From the NCBI GenBank assembly GCA_963712305.1, contig CAVQHI010000001.1, forward strand, positions 181,383 through 245,382: a stretch of DNA of 64,000 nt. The letters are read 5' to 3'. Shown here one piece after another: positions 28,181 to 37,701 of the stretch. Both the position numbers and the translations under genes were made by a program. Positions within the stretch are counted from its first letter, which is position 1. Every line of letters begins with the position of its first letter. Under the pieces are notes generated by a model. It was not told the DNA's origin. It did no database searches and worked only from the letters and a program-made list of their open reading frames with translations. This DNA comes from an uncultured bacterium. GTDB taxonomy: Bacteria > Bacteroidota > Rhodothermia > Balneolales > DATFMH01.

Positions 28181-28885
28181 TTATTCCTGAGGACGAATAA
28201 TCAATAGGTTGGCATCGTAAGTAATGATTCCAAGCATGATCGCACAGGTGACACGATCGATACTGACTTCATATTGATGGCCAAATCCCAATGGATTAAA
28301 TTTAAGTGGATCCGATACGAACACCTTTCTCTCTAACTTATCGTATCCGTGAATAATCACAAAATGTCCTGATGGATCTCCACGAATATCATCAAAATCC
28401 GCATTGGGACCAAACTCGCGAGCGCTCCTGTAAAGGTAAGTCGCACTTAATCCTGTAAGTATCGGCTGGTTACGTTTCACAAACTTACGGATCAAAGCAG
28501 CATTCAGATCTTCTAATTTCACTTTGCCGCCCAACTCCAGAAACTCAATATATCCTTTCGTAGCGAGTAAAAGCTTAGGATCTTTTTTAGCTTCAAGCTG
28601 TTTATACAACCGGTCGATGATAAAAGACACATCTTTCCCGAACCAGGTCGGATCGAACACCTGTAGATTGTAAGAATAGATGGTGGCCTTATAACCGCGC
28701 CGCAACGCATGACACCCCAAAAATACCCCGAGTGTACCTCCTTCATCCAGCTTATTCACCTCGTTAATTACGGAATCAAGGGGTACGTGATCATCAAAAA
28801 AACGATAGACTGTATGAAGACAAGTAGGTCCGCATGTTGTTTCATCCGGCTGGGGTAATATTTCGACAGGTAATGTGTTTCTCAT
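28181..28885 (-). CDS. Papain-fold (C39-like) cysteine peptidase-domain protein
   Basis: Candidate catalytic Cys in QPDETTCGPTCL and His in PSGHFVIIHGYD. First gene of the amidoligase operon. Confidence 0.6.
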   Translation of the reverse strand: MRNTLPVEILPQPDETTCGPTCLHTVYRFFDDHVPLDSVINEVNKLDEGGTLGVFLGCHALRRGYKATIYSYNLQVFDPTWFGKDVSFIIDRLYKQLEAKKDPKLLLATKGYIEFLELGGKVKLEDLNAALIRKFVKRNQPILTGLSATYLYRSAREFGPNADFDDIRGDPSGHFVIIHGYDKLERKVFVSDPLKFNPLGFGHQYEVSIDRVTCAIMLGIITYDANLLIIRPQE

Positions 28886-29082
28886 CAGCGATGATATTAT
28901 TGATATGTATTAATGAAAATTACGAAGAAATAACATCTGCACCATGATCTGGGGAAAATAATACACGTATTACCTATTACCGGACAAATACTATATGGAT
29001 GATTGGATGGATGGAAGACTGAATGGCTGATTGGACAGCCGAATGCAAATGACGCCCCATCGCTCTGTTGGTCGCTATTCTC

Positions 29083-29290
29083 TATCCTACACAACGACTG
29101 TCATTCTGATGTTCTTCGACTTGTCGAGGAATGTAGAATCCCGTATGCAATGGGCAACGGTTGTGTAACCTCCCCAAACCCCTCCACATCCGTGGGAGGG
29201 GCTTACGCACCGTGTACATATTTCGAGAGTTGCGCCCTGCGAACGAGATCCGCCTGCGGTCGTTGACAATCCGTTGTGTTCGGATTTCAG
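29083..29290. repeat. Structured intergenic repeat, copy A
   Basis: Direct repeat of 29422-29632. Contains hairpins CTTCGAC-TT-GTCGAGG (29114-29129) and CCCCTCCAC...GTGGGAGGGG (29179-29201). Confidence 0.7.
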
Positions 29291-29327
29291 GCGGTGTGTC
29301 GTAATCGTGGAGGAGGGGTAATCACGC

Positions 29328-29357
29328 GTAGGGGTAATCACGGGGGATTACCCCTAC
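29328..29357. repeat. Perfect 11-bp hairpin between the two repeat copies
   Basis: GTAGGGGTAAT-CACGGGGG-ATTACCCCTAC, preceded by a tandem GGGGTAATCACG (29315-29326 and 29331-29342). Confidence 0.6.
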
Positions 29358-29421
29358 GTTTAGAATATTCCGATTATTTTTTCTCTTTTTGCGTTGATTG
29401 TGCAGGATCGTCCATATACAC

Positions 29422-29632
29422 TATTGCTACACGACCTCTGTCATTCTGATGTTCTCCGGCTTGCCGGTGAACGTAGAATCCCGTATGCATTCATGCAACG
29501 ATTGTGAGACCTCCCTATCCCCCTCCACATTCGTGGAAGGGGCTTACGTACCGTGATTCATATTTCGAGAGTTGCGCCCTGCGAACGAGATCCGCCTGCA
29601 GCGGATGACAATCCGTTGTGTTCGGGATTCCG
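29422..29632. repeat. Structured intergenic repeat, copy B
   Basis: Offset ~340 nt from copy A. The equivalent hairpin is CTCCGGC-TT-GCCGGTG (29454-29469), with two compensatory pair changes. Confidence 0.7.
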
Positions 29633-29744
29633 TGTTCACGGATGACATCCGTTGTATTTTTGGTTGCTTGTTTAAGGATGACATTATCTATATTTCGCTG
29701 TTATTACTTGATTTATGAGGTGCGTACTGACCACACATACGAAC

Positions 29745-29780
29745 AACAAAAAAGGCCGTCCTCAAATGAAGACGGCCTTT
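29745..29780 (-). terminator. Rho-independent terminator of the pdh operon
   Basis: AAAGGCCGTC-10 nt loop-GACGGCCTTT, followed by a T run on the minus strand. Lies 23 nt past the E2 stop. Confidence 0.8.
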
Positions 29781-29802
29781 CATATTCCATTTATGTCTGG
29801 TA

Positions 29803-31098
29803 TCAGAGCAGCATACCCATCGGGTCTTCAAGAAGCTTCTTGAGTGTTGACAGGAATTCTGCTGCCATGGCACCATCGACAATGCGATGATCGCTTGACA
29901 ACGTCACTTTCATCCGCTTGCCCGGGACGACTTCACCGTTTTCGACAACAGGAACATCCCGAATCGCACCTACTGCAAGGATACAGGAATTCGGTGGATT
30001 GATGATTGCTGTAAATTCTTCGATGCCGAACATCCCAAGGTTACTGACGGAGAAGGTACTTCCTTCCCATTCTTCCGGCTGCAGTTTACGATCACGGGCC
30101 TTTTGCGCCAATTCCTTCGATTCGCGAGAGATCTGGCTGAGACCTTTTTGATCGACATTCCTAATAACCGGAGTGACTAGTCCATCCTCTATGGCAACAG
30201 CCATTGCAATATGAATCAAACCGTGTTTGCGGATAACATCACCCATCCAAGAGCTGTTTACTCCAGGATGACGACGCAATGCTACGGCACAGGCTTTAAC
30301 AACAAGATCATTGAAGCTGATTTTAACATCGCTCACCTCGTTCAACCGGCTGCGAATATCGACCACATTCTTCATATCGATATCGGTAGTCTCGTAGAAA
30401 TGAGGACTGGTAAACTTACTTTCTGCAAGACGGCGGGCAATAGTCTTGCGCATTTGAGAAATGCGAACATCTTCATCACCGGCCGTTTCAACAGGCTGAG
30501 CGGAAGGTGCAGCGGCTGGCGACGGGGCTTGTTCTTCGTATTCTTCAATATCCCGTTTTACTACGCGGCCATTCGGACCTGAACCCTGAACGCTGCCAAG
30601 GTCGATCCCCTGGTCTTCGGCCATCTTTCGCGCAAGCGGTGAGGCCTTAATCCGGCCATTTGCTTCAGATCCTTCCTTAACGGCTTCTTTCTGTTGATTA
30701 TTCAAACCGCCGAATATCGGATCAAATGACTTCCCTGAGTCTTTCTTGTCTGCTTTTGATTGATTCGAACCACCGGCCTCAGCATCAGCAGGAGCTTTTT
30801 CTTTTTTAGACTCTTCTTTGGAGACGGCTTCACCTGAGACGAGTCCGCTTATATCTTCACCTTCATCTCCGATGATGGCAATCTTCTTTCCGAGAGGCAC
30901 AGAGTCACCTTCACTGGCGAGGATTTTGAGGATTGTGCCGGAATCAAAGACTTCCACATCCATCGTTGCCTTGTCGGTCTCAACTTCAGCAATGATATCT
31001 CCGGATTCGACCTTGTCTCCTTCTTTAACTTTCCATTTCGCAATGACACCTTCCTCCATGGTATCACTGAGTTTTGGCATATCAACTACTACTGCCAT
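29803..31098 (-). CDS. pdhC: Dihydrolipoamide acetyltransferase (E2 component, pyruvate dehydrogenase complex)
   Basis: Lipoyl domain MPKLSDTMEEGVIAKWKVKEGDKVESGDIIAEVETDKATMDVE, E3-binding ASPLARKMA, catalytic DHRIVDGA. Confidence 0.92.
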   Translation of the reverse strand: MAVVVDMPKLSDTMEEGVIAKWKVKEGDKVESGDIIAEVETDKATMDVEVFDSGTILKILASEGDSVPLGKKIAIIGDEGEDISGLVSGEAVSKEESKKEKAPADAEAGGSNQSKADKKDSGKSFDPIFGGLNNQQKEAVKEGSEANGRIKASPLARKMAEDQGIDLGSVQGSGPNGRVVKRDIEEYEEQAPSPAAAPSAQPVETAGDEDVRISQMRKTIARRLAESKFTSPHFYETTDIDMKNVVDIRSRLNEVSDVKISFNDLVVKACAVALRRHPGVNSSWMGDVIRKHGLIHIAMAVAIEDGLVTPVIRNVDQKGLSQISRESKELAQKARDRKLQPEEWEGSTFSVSNLGMFGIEEFTAIINPPNSCILAVGAIRDVPVVENGEVVPGKRMKVTLSSDHRIVDGAMAAEFLSTLKKLLEDPMGMLL

Positions 31099-31182
31099 AA
31101 CTGTTTAATTATGAATTTTAAATTTTCAATTTTGAATTGGATTATTTCCAGGCATTATTAAATACTCAGGAATAATTGACCA

Positions 31183-32166
31183 TCAGTTTCTATAGGTGAC
31201 GGCGTTAACAGCTTTAATTACCTGTTCAGGACTTGGGAACCACGTATCAAACAGATTCTTGGCATATGGTGCAGGTGCATCAGGTAGAGTAACACGCTGA
31301 ACCGGAGCATCCAGATAATCAAAAGCTTCGCGCTGAATCTGAAAACCAACTTCAGCAGCAACTCCACAAAACGGATGTGATTCATCAACGATGACACACC
31401 GGTTTGTCTTCTGGATAGATTTTACGACCGTCTCAATATCAAAGGGTTTGATAGTACGCGGGTCAATGATCTCAACTTCGACACCATCTTTGGCAAGTTG
31501 TTGAGCAGCCTGTGTGGCCACATGATACATCTTTCCATGTGCAATAATTGTAACATCGCTGCCCTCGCGTTTTACAGCAGCTTTTCCAATGGGAATCAGG
31601 TATTCTTCCTCGTCCGGGACTTCCTGTTTCAATCCATACATCTGCTCTGACTCGAGGAAGATGACCGGGTTATCATCGCGAATAGCAGATTTGAGTAATC
31701 CTTTGGCATCAGCAGGTTGAGAAGGATAAATCACTTTGAGTCCGGGGAACTGTGAATACAGGCTTTCGTAAGCCACGGAGTGAGTGGCACCCAACTGACC
31801 TGCCGAGGCATTGGGCCCGCGAAAAACGATAGGTAATGTAACTTGTCCGCCGCTCATGTAGCGAATCTTTGCAGCATTGTTGATAATCTGGTCCATACCT
31901 ACCACAGCAAAGTTGAAGGTCATGAACTCAACAATTGGACGTAAACCATTCATTGCAGCACCAACACCAATACCGGCAAAACCCATTTCTGAAATGGGAG
32001 TATCGATCGTTCTTTGTCCGCCAAACTCATCTAAAAGGCCTTGGGTGACCTTATAGGCGCCGTTGTACTCGGCCACCTCCTCACCCATAATAAAAACGCG
32101 GTCATCGCGACTCATCTCTTCGCGAATTGCCGCCCGGAGTGCTTCCCGGAATTGTAATTCAGCCAT
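31183..32166 (-). CDS. pdhB: Pyruvate dehydrogenase E1 beta subunit
   Basis: REALRAAIREEMSRDDRVFIMGEEVAEYNGAYKVTQGLLDEFG...DTPISEMGFAGIGVGAA. Confidence 0.92.
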   Translation of the reverse strand: MAELQFREALRAAIREEMSRDDRVFIMGEEVAEYNGAYKVTQGLLDEFGGQRTIDTPISEMGFAGIGVGAAMNGLRPIVEFMTFNFAVVGMDQIINNAAKIRYMSGGQVTLPIVFRGPNASAGQLGATHSVAYESLYSQFPGLKVIYPSQPADAKGLLKSAIRDDNPVIFLESEQMYGLKQEVPDEEEYLIPIGKAAVKREGSDVTIIAHGKMYHVATQAAQQLAKDGVEVEIIDPRTIKPFDIETVVKSIQKTNRCVIVDESHPFCGVAAEVGFQIQREAFDYLDAPVQRVTLPDAPAPYAKNLFDTWFPSPEQVIKAVNAVTYRN

Positions 32167-32229
32167 ATTTTCAATCTCCTTTTTCTATAATCTCACAAAG
32201 TTTAAAATTAACCGGCAATTTTAAATACA

Positions 32230-33309
32230 TCATCGGATGAACTTATAATCCAAATCTTCTGCATAAACGTGGTTGTAAAGTTCCTCCTGATCCGGTTCAT
32301 CACTTTCATCAGCAAAGTCGATAGCTTCGAGTACTTCCTTTTCCACTTTGTCAGTGATCTCCTGGATCTCTTTTTTGCTGGCTACGTGATGTGAGGTCAT
32401 GTAATCTTTCAATCTTTCAATTGGATCGATGTCATGAAATTCTGCCAGCTCCTCTTTGGTACGATAGGTTGCCGGATCACTCATTGAGTGACCTCGATAG
32501 CGATAGGTACGTACTTCCAACAGATACGGTTCAGAATTTTCACGTACGTAATCCGAAACTTCCCTGAACTTTTCAACCATCGTGAAAAGATCCATGCCGT
32601 TAACCTTATCGCTCTTCATATCATAAGCACGAGCCCGTTTATAAATTTCGGTTGCTGTATGGCGATTTACAGCAGTACCCATGGAATAGCCATTGTTTTC
32701 GACAACATAAATGACCGGTAATTTCCAGAGGTTGGCGAGATTCATAGATTCATGAAATGAACCCTGATCAACGGCACCATCACCAAAGAAAGTAACGGCG
32801 ATACGATTGTTGTTTTGATACTTGTTTGCAAAGGCAATTCCCGTCCCGAGCGGGATGTGAGCTCCCACGATGGCATGACCACCCCAGAAATGTTCTTTTG
32901 TATTAAAGAAGTGCATCGATCCGCCCTTGCCGCTGCTGCAGCCTGTAGCCTTACCAAATAATTCGGCCATTCCGGCTTTGGCAGAAATGCCGCGAACCAA
33001 CCCGAAACCGTGATCACGGTATGCTGTAATGATATCGTCGTCGTCATTTAAAACTTGTACAGCAGCAGTAGAAATTGCTTCCTGTCCCATATAAAGGTGC
33101 AAGAATCCGCCAAATTTTCCCTTCTGGTACATCTGGGCAGAACGCTCCTCGAATCGACGTTGTAAAAACATCTGTTCGTACATATCAAGGAGTTGTTGCT
33201 TTGATAGGCCTAAATCTTTGTGTGTCTTATCGGTAGCCTCCGGTAGTTCAGTAGCTTTATATACTACGCCTGACGGAGTAAAACCACCAATTTGTTTTAC
33301 TTCAGCCAT
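32230..33309 (-). CDS. pdhA: Pyruvate dehydrogenase E1 alpha subunit (TPP-binding)
   Basis: FLHLYMGQEAISTAA...YRDHG...GKGGSMH...FFGDGAVDQGSFHESMNLA...YRYRGHSMSDP. Confidence 0.92.
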   Translation of the reverse strand: MAEVKQIGGFTPSGVVYKATELPEATDKTHKDLGLSKQQLLDMYEQMFLQRRFEERSAQMYQKGKFGGFLHLYMGQEAISTAAVQVLNDDDDIITAYRDHGFGLVRGISAKAGMAELFGKATGCSSGKGGSMHFFNTKEHFWGGHAIVGAHIPLGTGIAFANKYQNNNRIAVTFFGDGAVDQGSFHESMNLANLWKLPVIYVVENNGYSMGTAVNRHTATEIYKRARAYDMKSDKVNGMDLFTMVEKFREVSDYVRENSEPYLLEVRTYRYRGHSMSDPATYRTKEELAEFHDIDPIERLKDYMTSHHVASKKEIQEITDKVEKEVLEAIDFADESDEPDQEELYNHVYAEDLDYKFIR

Positions 33310-33465
33310 ATATTACTCCAATTGTCTTAAAAGAAAATCCTATTGGATTTTCGCCTTTATTGTTAACCCTTTTATTAAAAATCATCGTAAAATTCTGGTG
33401 CCAAAAACCTGTTACCGGCAACCGTGGAATATACCCAAAAATCAGGGAATGATGAAGTCACTGAA

Positions 33466-36135
33466 TCATGCAACCGTTTCGGTGATAAGTTCAGGCAGTT
33501 GTTTAAGGACAGAATCCAGTTTCTCAGGATTTCGTCCCCCGGCTGTCGCAAGATTCGGCTGACCACCGCCGCCTCCACCTAACTGACGGGCAATCCTGCT
33601 AATCAGGTTGCCAGCCTTTATGGATTTCTCCCGGATCAGATCTTCAGTCACTGTTCCCACCAGGTATACTTTTCCGGCTTCATAATCCCGGGATGCAAGT
33701 ACCGTAATCGTACCTTCTGTAGATTTGTTAAGGGCCTCGTATCCAAGCTGTTTCAGCAGATCTACACTTCCATTTTCAATCTCGCCACTAACGAGCTTTA
33801 TCCCGTTCTCAATCTCGGCAGGATGTTTAATCAAACGGTCCAATTCAGCCAACCCAACCTGAAACCGAAGTCGTTCCAGTTCTTTCTCAGCCGACTTCTT
33901 TTCCTCAATCAGCCTGTTGATATCCTTGACCAGATGCTCGGATGAACCAACCGTCTGGCTGATATCATTGACGATATTCTTTTCGTGTCGCAAAATATGA
34001 TCTACAGCGTGACCGGTTACTGCCTCAATCCGGCGAACCCCGGAAGCTACAGCTGTTTCGGTAACAAAGCGGAAATAACCGATCTCCCCTGTGGCGTCGA
34101 CGTGTGTACCACCACACAATTCGATGGAATATTCAGGATCAAATGTGATCACTCTGACTTTATCTCCGTACTTCTCACCAAAAAGCATCATGGCCCCGCG
34201 GCCTCGAGCCTGGTCGATGGGCACCTCACGTTCTTCAGTCCTTGGGATATTTTCCTGGATCTTCAGATTTACTATTTGTTCAACTTCATTCAGTTCCTGA
34301 TCGGACACGCCTTTGTAGTGAGAAAAATCGAAACGTAAGCGTTCAGGTGTAACTAATGATCCTTTCTGTCCAACATGATCACCCAATACCTGACGCAAAG
34401 CAGCATGAACCAAATGCGTTGCCGAGTGATGTTTCCGTAATTCGTATCTTCGTTCCCTGTCAACAACAGCGCGCCAGTCGCCTTCGGGATTTTCAGGGAG
34501 ATGATCGACGTAATGGATAATATGCCCCTGCGTTTTTTGAACATCCAGCACTTTAAGATGTTCCTCACCATTGGATATCATGCCGTGATCAGCAATCTGG
34601 CCACCACTTTCGGCATAGAACGGGGTTCTATCCAGCATGAGCATATTCTGCTTCTTTTCTCTTTTGATCGCCATGATATTGACATCGGCAACCAAATGGT
34701 CATATCCGACAAAACCCGAATCATGGCCTTCATTAAGATGAGTCCACTGCCCGCCTTTACTCATATCGACAGTGAACTTGCCGGCGGCACGGGCCCGCTT
34801 GCGTTGCTCTTCCATCCGCTTTTCAAATCCTTTCTCATCCACATCAACGCCATTTTCATTGGCCATTAAGCGGGTAAGGTCGATAGGGAAACCATAGGTA
34901 TCATGCAGCCGGAACGCATCTTCACCCGACAAAGTCTTCTTACCTTCGATCATGGATTCGAAAAGCTGAATACCTTGTCCCAGCGTACGGAGGAAGTTGT
35001 GCTCTTCAGCTTCTATCACATTCTCAACATACTCGCGCTGTGCCTCAAGGACAGGGAAAACATCCGCAAATTGCTCGGCAAGGGTGCCAACCAGCTTGCA
35101 CATAAACGGCTCTTTAAGATTCAAACGATCCCAGCCATAACGAATGGCCCGGCGAAGAATACGACGAATGACATAACCGCGACCATCATTACCCGGTGAA
35201 GCACCGTCGGCAATAGAAAAGCTGACGGCCCTTATATGATCAGCGATGACCCGCATGGCCACGTCAGTCTTGATGTCAGCGCCATAACGGATTCCTGAAA
35301 GTTTCTCGATATGCGTCAACAGCGGTTTGAACACATCGGTATCATAATTCGATGTCTTTCCCTGGAGAACAGCTACCATTCGTTCGAAGCCCATTCCCGT
35401 ATCCACGTGCTTGGCCGGCAACGAGTTTAGTTTACCACCATTTTGACGGTTGTACTGTATAAAGACCAGGTTCCAAATCTCCATGACTCTCGGATCGTTT
35501 TTATTTACGAGGTCACGTCCATCTTTTTTCTTGCGTTCTTCATCAGGACGCAAATCAATATGAACCTCTGAACACGGTCCGCATGGGCCGGTTTCGCCCA
35601 TCTCCCAAAAGTTATCCTTCTTGCCAAAATTCAGGATATGGTCTTTACTGATACCGGTCTCAGAAGCCCACAAATTAAAAGCTTCCCCGTCGGCATCAAG
35701 ATTATCGTCGTCATCGCCGCCGAAAACAGTAGCATAGAGGCGATCCGGCTCAAGTCCCCAGATATCAACGAGCAATTCCCATCCCCAGGAGATGGCTTCC
35801 TTTTTAAAATAATCGCCGAACGACCAGTTACCCAACATTTCAAACAGGGTATGATGATAGGTGTCAAGGCCGACCTCCTCAAGGTCATTATGTTTACCAC
35901 TTACACGAATACATCGTTGCGTATCTGCGGCACGGCTCCAAACCTTACCTTCATGCTTGTACCCGGCCTGTTCGCCAAGAAAAATAGGTTTAAACTGATT
36001 CATCCCTGCGTTGGTAAAAAGCAGGGTTTGATCCCCGACGGGAACCACCGGGGCACTGTCCACAATCAAGTGGCTCTTACTTTTGAAAAAATCCAGAAAC
36101 TGCTGTCTGATCTGATCCGAAGTTGGATGAGACAT
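33466..36135 (-). CDS. alaS: Alanine--tRNA ligase
   Basis: IRQQFLDFFKSKSHLIVDSAPVVP...LLFTNAGMNQFKP, editing domain HSATHLVHAAL, C-terminal DHHA1 GGGGGQPNLATAGG. Confidence 0.97.
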   Translation of the reverse strand: MSHPTSDQIRQQFLDFFKSKSHLIVDSAPVVPVGDQTLLFTNAGMNQFKPIFLGEQAGYKHEGKVWSRAADTQRCIRVSGKHNDLEEVGLDTYHHTLFEMLGNWSFGDYFKKEAISWGWELLVDIWGLEPDRLYATVFGGDDDDNLDADGEAFNLWASETGISKDHILNFGKKDNFWEMGETGPCGPCSEVHIDLRPDEERKKKDGRDLVNKNDPRVMEIWNLVFIQYNRQNGGKLNSLPAKHVDTGMGFERMVAVLQGKTSNYDTDVFKPLLTHIEKLSGIRYGADIKTDVAMRVIADHIRAVSFSIADGASPGNDGRGYVIRRILRRAIRYGWDRLNLKEPFMCKLVGTLAEQFADVFPVLEAQREYVENVIEAEEHNFLRTLGQGIQLFESMIEGKKTLSGEDAFRLHDTYGFPIDLTRLMANENGVDVDEKGFEKRMEEQRKRARAAGKFTVDMSKGGQWTHLNEGHDSGFVGYDHLVADVNIMAIKREKKQNMLMLDRTPFYAESGGQIADHGMISNGEEHLKVLDVQKTQGHIIHYVDHLPENPEGDWRAVVDRERRYELRKHHSATHLVHAALRQVLGDHVGQKGSLVTPERLRFDFSHYKGVSDQELNEVEQIVNLKIQENIPRTEEREVPIDQARGRGAMMLFGEKYGDKVRVITFDPEYSIELCGGTHVDATGEIGYFRFVTETAVASGVRRIEAVTGHAVDHILRHEKNIVNDISQTVGSSEHLVKDINRLIEEKKSAEKELERLRFQVGLAELDRLIKHPAEIENGIKLVSGEIENGSVDLLKQLGYEALNKSTEGTITVLASRDYEAGKVYLVGTVTEDLIREKSIKAGNLISRIARQLGGGGGGQPNLATAGGRNPEKLDSVLKQLPELITETVA

Positions 36136-36508
36136 GAATTTGTAGTTACTTGTTCAAGAGATCCTTAGAATTCGAGTGGGGGAAGATAATAAATTAGCAA
36201 CTTAATTCCCTTGCTCCATCATAGCATTAGTAAAAATAAGACGTTCAGAACATCGCATCCGGATCAAACCCGGCGTTACCGGACATTCCGTCTCATTCCA
36301 CATTTGACTAAACGTCAATTCTCTGCCGGTATTATTTTCAATTTGTATTGTAAATCCCCCGATTAACGACACTTCGTGAATAAGCCCGGCTGCTGAACTC
36401 TCACCAATTTCTATATTTGAATCTGCGAATTATGTAATTCCGGTTTATCAGCAATATCTAATCTGCTATCTTAAGTTAAAGAGTTAGCGTACAACCTGAT
36501 CCTGATAA

Positions 36509-37693
36509 ATGACTGTACAAACCAACAACCGGCAAACTATTGATGAAATCCGAGAGCTTTTCCCATATTTGAAACAAGGGACCTGTTATCTCAACCATGC
36601 CGCAATCAGCCCGCTTTCAACCCGGGTCACAAGTGCCATCAAAAAACGACTGGATATTCGTTCTGCAGGCAGCATCGAAGCCTATCCGCATGACAAACCC
36701 ATCATTGAGGACTGCAAGAGTCAGATAACCCGGCTTATTAATGCAGAGTCAGCCGACCGCATTGCATTTGTACCGAACACATCGTCCGGATTAAACATTA
36801 TTGCTAACGGACTCGAATGGTCGGCCGGAGATCAGATTTTAATCGGTGACGTAGAATTTCCCACCAATGTGTATCCGTTCCTCAATCTTAAGCGGCACGG
36901 AGTAAACGTCACGTTTATTCCCAATAAGGATGGGGCCATAACTGCTGAAATGATTGAGAAGGCAACAACTCCTAAAACCAGGCTCATTACCATCAGTGCC
37001 GTGCAATTTTTAAGCGGGTATCGGGCAGATTTGAAGCGGATTGGCGAATGGTGCAGGAAAAATGACATCTGGTTTGTCATCGATGGAATTCAAGCGGTTG
37101 GTGCGATGGAAATGGACGTAGTATCCTGTCATGTAGATGCTCTGTGCGCTGGTTCTCACAAATGGCAAATGGGACCGCAGGGCCTTGGCTTCCTCTACGT
37201 TAATCAAAGAATGCAGGATGCTATTCATCCGCCGAATGCCGGATGGCTCTCTGTTGACGCGCCCTGGGAATTGCTCGACTATAACCTGGAATTCGTTCCT
37301 ACAGCTATGAGATACGAACTGGGTACAATGAATGCCAATGGAATTATCGGGTATCGAAGTTCTCTAAAACTGATCAATGAATTTGGAATAAAAAACGTCC
37401 AGAAGAGAATTCTGGATTTGACAGACCGAATTTTAAACGAATTTACCCACTGGGAAGAAATTAAGATTCTCACCTCTTTCGAAACACAACGAAGGGCCGG
37501 GATCGTGTTGCTTGACCTGCCCGAAAAAGTTGATCCGGACAGTCTTATTAGTAGCCTTGAGGACGAGAAAATTATTGTTGCAGTCAGAAATGGGATGCTT
37601 CGGCTTTCCCCCCACTTTTATAATACAGAACAGGAGATTGATCATAGTGTTTCAATCATTAGTAAAGTCCTGAGAAATAAGGGAGTCAAATAA
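36509..37693 (+). CDS. Class V aminotransferase (cysteine desulfurase/selenocysteine lyase-like)
   Basis: YLNHAAISP..., PLP lysine context SHKWQMGPQGLGFLYV, C-terminal LRLSPHFYNT. Confidence 0.8.
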   Translation: MTVQTNNRQTIDEIRELFPYLKQGTCYLNHAAISPLSTRVTSAIKKRLDIRSAGSIEAYPHDKPIIEDCKSQITRLINAESADRIAFVPNTSSGLNIIANGLEWSAGDQILIGDVEFPTNVYPFLNLKRHGVNVTFIPNKDGAITAEMIEKATTPKTRLITISAVQFLSGYRADLKRIGEWCRKNDIWFVIDGIQAVGAMEMDVVSCHVDALCAGSHKWQMGPQGLGFLYVNQRMQDAIHPPNAGWLSVDAPWELLDYNLEFVPTAMRYELGTMNANGIIGYRSSLKLINEFGIKNVQKRILDLTDRILNEFTHWEEIKILTSFETQRRAGIVLLDLPEKVDPDSLISSLEDEKIIVAVRNGMLRLSPHFYNTEQEIDHSVSIISKVLRNKGVK

Positions 37694-37701
37694 TTACGAC
37701 A

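Noticed and set aside
28897-29890. Several 62-90 aa ORFs on both strands in the 29-kb spacer
   Set aside because: They overlap one another and the duplicated structured repeats. Differences between the two copies do not preserve any reading frame, but they do preserve stems.
35638-36168. 176-aa plus-strand ORF
   Set aside because: It is antisense to the N-terminal catalytic region of alaS.
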